Shown here in pieces: positions 59,949 to 64,000 of a stretch of DNA of 64,000 nt. The notes below the pieces were generated by a model, which saw only the letters and a list, made by a program, of their open reading frames with translations, did no database searches and was not told where the DNA came from. Position 1 is the stretch's first letter; each line of letters opens with the position of its first letter. This DNA comes from an uncultured Actinomycetota bacterium (GTDB lineage Bacteria > Actinomycetota > Actinomycetes > Propionibacteriales > Nocardioidaceae), in assembly GCA_963748185.1 (NCBI GenBank), contig CAVVID010000018.1, positions 6,629-70,628 of the forward strand, written 5' to 3'. The position numbers and the translations under genes were made by a program.

Positions 59949-60824
59949 GTGGCGGACACGGCCTCCCGGGCGGCCATGTTCGACAAGTGGTGGAGCTTCG
60001 GCAGCCAGATCATCGCCCCGGCCACGCTGCTCAGCACCCTGCTGTTCTACTTCGGCTACGTCTCCTCGCGAGCCCAGTTCCGCTACTTCGGCCTCGACGT
60101 GGACACGGTGGGACTGAGCACGCAGGACTACGTCATGCGCAGCCCGCAGGCCCTGCTCGTCCCGCTGCTCGCGCTGTCACTCGGGGGAGCCGCGCTGCTG
60201 ATCCTGCATCTCGCCGTACGCCGCCACCCGCCGCCGGTCACCGCGGTGCGCGTGATGCTCGGTGTCTCACTGCTGGCGCTGCTCGCCGGCGTGGTGCTCA
60301 TCGTCGCGTACGCCGCGTTCGGTGGCTGGGCGCTGTACCCGCTCGTCACCCCGCTGTTGCTCGCCGGAGGAAGCGCGGGTGTCCTCTACGCCATGCGACT
60401 GCCCGGCGCGCCGGGGTTCCTGAAGCCCAATGACGACGAGGGAAAGGGCCTGCGTCGAGGCGTGCTGGCGTTCGCCCTGGTCGCGATCATCGGGTGCCTC
60501 TTCTGGGCCACTGCGACCATCGCCGAGTGGACCGGTACGGGCAACGGGATGCGGACTGCGCGCAACCTCGACGAGCTGGCGCCGGTCATCCTGGACACCC
60601 AGGACCGACTGTTCCTGACCGACGGCATCGTCAAGGAGACAGCGCTGCCCGCCCAGGAGGATGCGCGCTTCAAGTTCCGCTATCGCGGACTGCGGTTGCT
60701 GATCCACGGCGACGGCAAGCTCTTCCTGGTACCGGAGAAGTGGTCGCCGAGTGACTCGACGCTGCTGGTCCCGCTCGACGACTCGGTTCGGGTCCAGTTC
60801 CGGTTCGTGAACCGAGCCCCCTGA
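59949..60824 (+). CDS. Uncharacterised multi-pass membrane protein
   Basis: About 5 TM segments; LLFYFGYV...YFGLD...LSTQDYVMRS and FRYRGLRLL motifs. Confidence 0.75.
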   Translation: MADTASRAAMFDKWWSFGSQIIAPATLLSTLLFYFGYVSSRAQFRYFGLDVDTVGLSTQDYVMRSPQALLVPLLALSLGGAALLILHLAVRRHPPPVTAVRVMLGVSLLALLAGVVLIVAYAAFGGWALYPLVTPLLLAGGSAGVLYAMRLPGAPGFLKPNDDEGKGLRRGVLAFALVAIIGCLFWATATIAEWTGTGNGMRTARNLDELAPVILDTQDRLFLTDGIVKETALPAQEDARFKFRYRGLRLLIHGDGKLFLVPEKWSPSDSTLLVPLDDSVRVQFRFVNRAP

Positions 60825-60917
60825 CTGTCGGTGCGCCGCTTGCGCACCTTCCCCAGGCAGCGGCAGGGTGGGCTACGGGCTCGGACCGGCCGAGCAGAAC
60901 CGTGAGGATGCGAGCTC

Positions 60918-62378
60918 ATGGAAGCAATCGATCCGAAGTACGGAACCACAGTCCTGTTGCTCATCGCGGCAGCGGCGGTAGCACTGCTCCTGGTCCTGAT
61001 CATCGTGGTGAAGCTCCACGCTTTCATCTCGCTGGTGCTGGTGAGTGTCGTCACCGCAGTGGCCGTGGGCTTCCCGCTGGGTGACATCCCAGACGTCTTG
61101 ATGTTCGGCTTCGCCGACACGCTGGGCGCGGTGGCACTGCTCGTCGCCTTCGGGGTGATGCTCGGGCGACTCCTCGAGGTGACCGGCGGCGCCCAGGTGC
61201 TCGCTGACACCCTGATCAACCGGTTCGGTGAGAAGCGCGCGCCGCTGGCCCTGGGTGTCGCCGCGCTGATCTTCGGGTTTCCGATCTTTTTCGACGCCGG
61301 TCTGGTCGTCTTCATCCCGATCATCTTCACGGTCGCACGCCGGTTCGGAGGGTCGCTGCTGTTCTACGCGCTCCCCGCAGCGGGTGCGTTCGCGGCCATG
61401 CACGCGATCGTTCCGCCGCACCCCGGGCCGGTGGCGGCGGCGACGCTCCTGGACGGGAGCATCGGGCTGACCCTGGTCGTGGGCGTCCCGGTCGCGGTGC
61501 TCGCCTGGTACGTCGGCGTGATGCTCGTGGCCCCTGTCATGGGTCGTCGCTTCTTCGTCGCGGTCCCCGAGCTCATTCTCGGCGAGATGAAGGGCCACGG
61601 TTCCGGTGACAACCAGTCCGACGACGGAGGCGACAGCGAGGGCGCAGGGGGAGGCGCCGGAAAGGCTGCCCGCGGCGTCGCGCTGGGCACGCGGGCACCG
61701 AGCTTTCTCACGGTCCTGTCGCTGCTCCTGATCCCGTTCGTGCTGATCTCCTTCGACACGGTCCTTTCCACCCTTGTCTCGGCGGGGGTCCTGGAGGAGG
61801 GCACCCGCTGGGTGGAGTTCCTCGGCCTGCTCGGGTTCACGCCGGTGGCGCTGCTGATCACGGTGCTGGCAGCGATCTTCGTGATCGGTCGCCCCAACGC
61901 GCCGATGGGGCAGATCAGCGAAATCCTGGACGGGGCTCTCGGTCCGATCTGCTCCATCATCCTGATCACCGGGGCCGGCGGGATGTTCGGCGGAGTGCTG
62001 GAGCTGAGCGGCATCGGGGCCGCCCTGAGTGACAGCCTCTCCGGACTCGGCATCTCCCTGATCGTGCAGGCCTTCCTGATCGCAACGCTGCTCCGGGTGG
62101 CGCAGGGGTCGGCGACGGTCGCGCTGACGACCGCGGCAGGGGTGATCGCGCCGGCCGTGAAGGCGGCAGATCTAGGCGACCTGCAGATCACCCTGCTCGT
62201 GTTCGCCATCGCTGCGGGAGCCACGGTCCTCTCCCACGTGAACGACTCCGGCTTCTGGCTGGTCAGCCGGTTCTTCGAGATGGACGTGAAGACCACTCTG
62301 AAGACCTGGACGGTGATGGAGACGACTCTGGGCGTCTCGGCGTTCGCGATCGCGGCGGTTCTCTGGATGGTGGTTTGA
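60918..62378 (+). CDS. gntP: GntP-family gluconate:H+ symporter
   Basis: KLHAFISL, FGFPIFFDAG, VPPHPGP, ITGAGGMFG, RVAQGSATVA, SHVNDSGFW. Confidence 0.93.
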   Translation: MEAIDPKYGTTVLLLIAAAAVALLLVLIIVVKLHAFISLVLVSVVTAVAVGFPLGDIPDVLMFGFADTLGAVALLVAFGVMLGRLLEVTGGAQVLADTLINRFGEKRAPLALGVAALIFGFPIFFDAGLVVFIPIIFTVARRFGGSLLFYALPAAGAFAAMHAIVPPHPGPVAAATLLDGSIGLTLVVGVPVAVLAWYVGVMLVAPVMGRRFFVAVPELILGEMKGHGSGDNQSDDGGDSEGAGGGAGKAARGVALGTRAPSFLTVLSLLLIPFVLISFDTVLSTLVSAGVLEEGTRWVEFLGLLGFTPVALLITVLAAIFVIGRPNAPMGQISEILDGALGPICSIILITGAGGMFGGVLELSGIGAALSDSLSGLGISLIVQAFLIATLLRVAQGSATVALTTAAGVIAPAVKAADLGDLQITLLVFAIAAGATVLSHVNDSGFWLVSRFFEMDVKTTLKTWTVMETTLGVSAFAIAAVLWMVV

Positions 62379-62534
62379 GGTGCCGGCCTCATGGTGAACC
62401 CGCGATCCGGATCGCGATCGAGCAGTCTGCGGAAGACATCGTCCACGACCGGGGTCACCAGGCTTGATCTCGACGCCTGAGCGGCCTCAGCACAGGGGCG
62501 ACGGCGCCGCAGACCGACTAGTCTGAGCACCTAC

Positions 62535-63560
62535 ATGGACGACAATTCGACTACCCGCAAGCGCCTGCCGACTCTCGATGACGTCGCTGCTCTGGCCGGG
62601 GTCGGGCGTGGCACCGTGTCGCGCGCCATCAACGGTGCTCCCAACGTCAGCGAGCGCAGCCAGGCCGCCGTGATGGCCGCGGTCAAGACTCTGGGATACG
62701 TGCCGAACAAGGCCGCCCGCACGCTCGTCACGCGCCGCAACGACTCGGTCACGCTGGTGATCTCGGAGTCCGAGGAGCGCTTCTTCTCCGAGCCGTTCTT
62801 CGCGGCGGTCGTGCGGGGGATCACCGGGGCCCTGGCTGCGGCGTCGCAGACGTTGCTGCTGACCATGGTGCAGACCGAGGAGCAGCACCGAGCCCTGGAG
62901 AGCTACCTGGTCAGCGCGCACGTCGACGGCGTGATGATGCTGTCCCTGCACGGCCAGGACCCGTTGCCCGGACGACTGGAGGAGCGCGGTCTGCCGCTCG
63001 TGCTCGGGGGCCGCCCGCCGGAGGGGGTGGCCGTGACCTACGTCGACGTCGACAACGTCGCCGGGGCCCGCGACGCCGTTCATCACCTCCTGCAGACAGG
63101 TCGCCGTCGCGTCGCGGCGATCGGGGGACCCGGTGACATGGCGGTGAGCTGGGACCGGATGTCCGGCTATGCGCGCGCCCACGAGGAGTTCGAGGCGGCG
63201 CAGGACCCCGCACTCGTCGAGCCGGGCGATTTCACCGAGGAGGGCGGCCGCAGAGCGATGAAGACGCTCCTCGACCGGGCACCCGACATCGACGCGGTGT
63301 TCGCGGCGTCCGACCTGATGGCAGCCGGAGCCCTGCGTGAGCTCGACAGCCGTGGACGCAGGGTGCCCGTGGACGTCGCCGTCGTCGGCTTCGACGACGC
63401 TCCGGTCGCACGGCACACGAACCCGCAGCTGACGACGGTGCACCAGCCGATCGAGGCGATGGGGCGCACGATGGCCGCCATGCTGCTAGAGCGGATCGCG
63501 GGTCGCGAGGCCCCGAACCAGGTGCTCGCACCGCACCTGGTGATCAGGGACTCCTCCTGA
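62535..63560 (+). CDS. LacI-family regulator (CebR/BglR-like)
   Basis: PTLDDVAALAGVGRGTVSRAIN; FSEPFF, ASDLMA, VVGFDD, LTTVHQP; convergent with GH1. Confidence 0.92.
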   Translation: MDDNSTTRKRLPTLDDVAALAGVGRGTVSRAINGAPNVSERSQAAVMAAVKTLGYVPNKAARTLVTRRNDSVTLVISESEERFFSEPFFAAVVRGITGALAAASQTLLLTMVQTEEQHRALESYLVSAHVDGVMMLSLHGQDPLPGRLEERGLPLVLGGRPPEGVAVTYVDVDNVAGARDAVHHLLQTGRRRVAAIGGPGDMAVSWDRMSGYARAHEEFEAAQDPALVEPGDFTEEGGRRAMKTLLDRAPDIDAVFAASDLMAAGALRELDSRGRRVPVDVAVVGFDDAPVARHTNPQLTTVHQPIEAMGRTMAAMLLERIAGREAPNQVLAPHLVIRDSS

Positions 63561-63584
63561 CCGCGAGCCGACCTCAGCCCGGAC

Positions 63585-64000
63585 TCAGTCGACGGTGACG
63601 GCGTTGGCCTCGATCACGTTTCGGAACCAGCGGGCCGAGGCCTTCGGCACTCGTTGCTGCGTGGCGTAGTCGACATACACGATGCCGAACCGCTTGGAGT
63701 AGCCCCACGCCCACTCGAAGTTGTCGAGCAGGGACCAGACGTAGTAGCCGCGCACGTCGACACCTTGCTCGATCGCCGCGTGCACGGCGTCGAGGTGCTC
63801 GCTGAGGTAGGTGATCCGGTCCTGGTCGTCGACCTCGCCGTCCGCAGAGGGGACGTCCGTGCAGGCACAGCCGTTCTCGGTGATCACGATCGGGATCTCC
63901 GGATAGTCACGATGTACGCCGAGCAGCAGGTCGGTCAGCGTCTCGGGGGCGATCGGCCAGCCCATGTCGGTGTAGGGGCCCGGCTGGGGTACGGCGTACG
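63585..64000 (-). CDS. GH1 beta-glucosidase, C-terminal part (runs off the window edge)
   Basis: TDMGWPI, ITENG nucleophile, RGYYVWSLLDNFEWAWGYSKRFGIVYVD. Confidence 0.95.
   Translation of the reverse strand, partial: YAVPQPGPYTDMGWPIAPETLTDLLLGVHRDYPEIPIVITENGCACTDVPSADGEVDDQDRITYLSEHLDAVHAAIEQGVDVRGYYVWSLLDNFEWAWGYSKRFGIVYVDYATQQRVPKASARWFRNVIEANAVTVD

Noticed and set aside
62401-62416. Perfect 16-bp palindrome CGCGATCCGGATCGCG after gntP
   Set aside because: Single GC-rich occurrence with no U-tract or recognisable operator match; may be chance or a weak terminator.

Overview
High-GC actinobacterial DNA (Nocardioides-like by gene content and repeat type; inferred, not database-checked). 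It carries about 15 single-base frameshifts in otherwise intact genes, most likely long-read assembly errors. Ordinary content: an IclR-controlled glycolate/glyoxylate operon (glcB-glcG-glcDEF-lactate permease), a patch of small accessory genes with an IS110 remnant, an L-arabinose locus (ytfQRT-yjfF ABC transporter, LacI, araBDA) with visible LacI and CRP-type boxes, ppk2 + CYTH-CHAD, lutABC, a SigB-type sigma factor and GAF-ANTAR protein, a metX-metY-CoA-binding / OsmC-flavin monooxygenase divergon, an IdeR-boxed DUF2470 gene, nhaA, GH26, AKR, a HK-MEDS protein, gntP, LacI and a partial GH1. The most interesting region is 51.7-60.8 kb, two divergent tightly coupled operons. Leftward: a papain-like C1 peptidase fused to an alpha/beta-hydrolase, then DUF5995, then an Avs1a/ComEC-type metallo-beta-lactamase (candidate protease-activated defence module). 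Rightward: a ~960-aa catalase-like / fatty-acid alpha-dioxygenase fusion (candidate oxylipin synthase), a deleted gene, a Cys-rich lipoprotein and a membrane protein. Also notable: a REP-like hairpin sits in-frame at the start of lutC and supplies the lutB stop codon, with identical copies in a BIME-like array at 44.4-44.7 kb; a candidate IS110 bridge RNA; and a micro-inverted carbamate kinase relic. No rRNA, tRNA or CRISPR array was seen. All family assignments come from motif recognition by eye.
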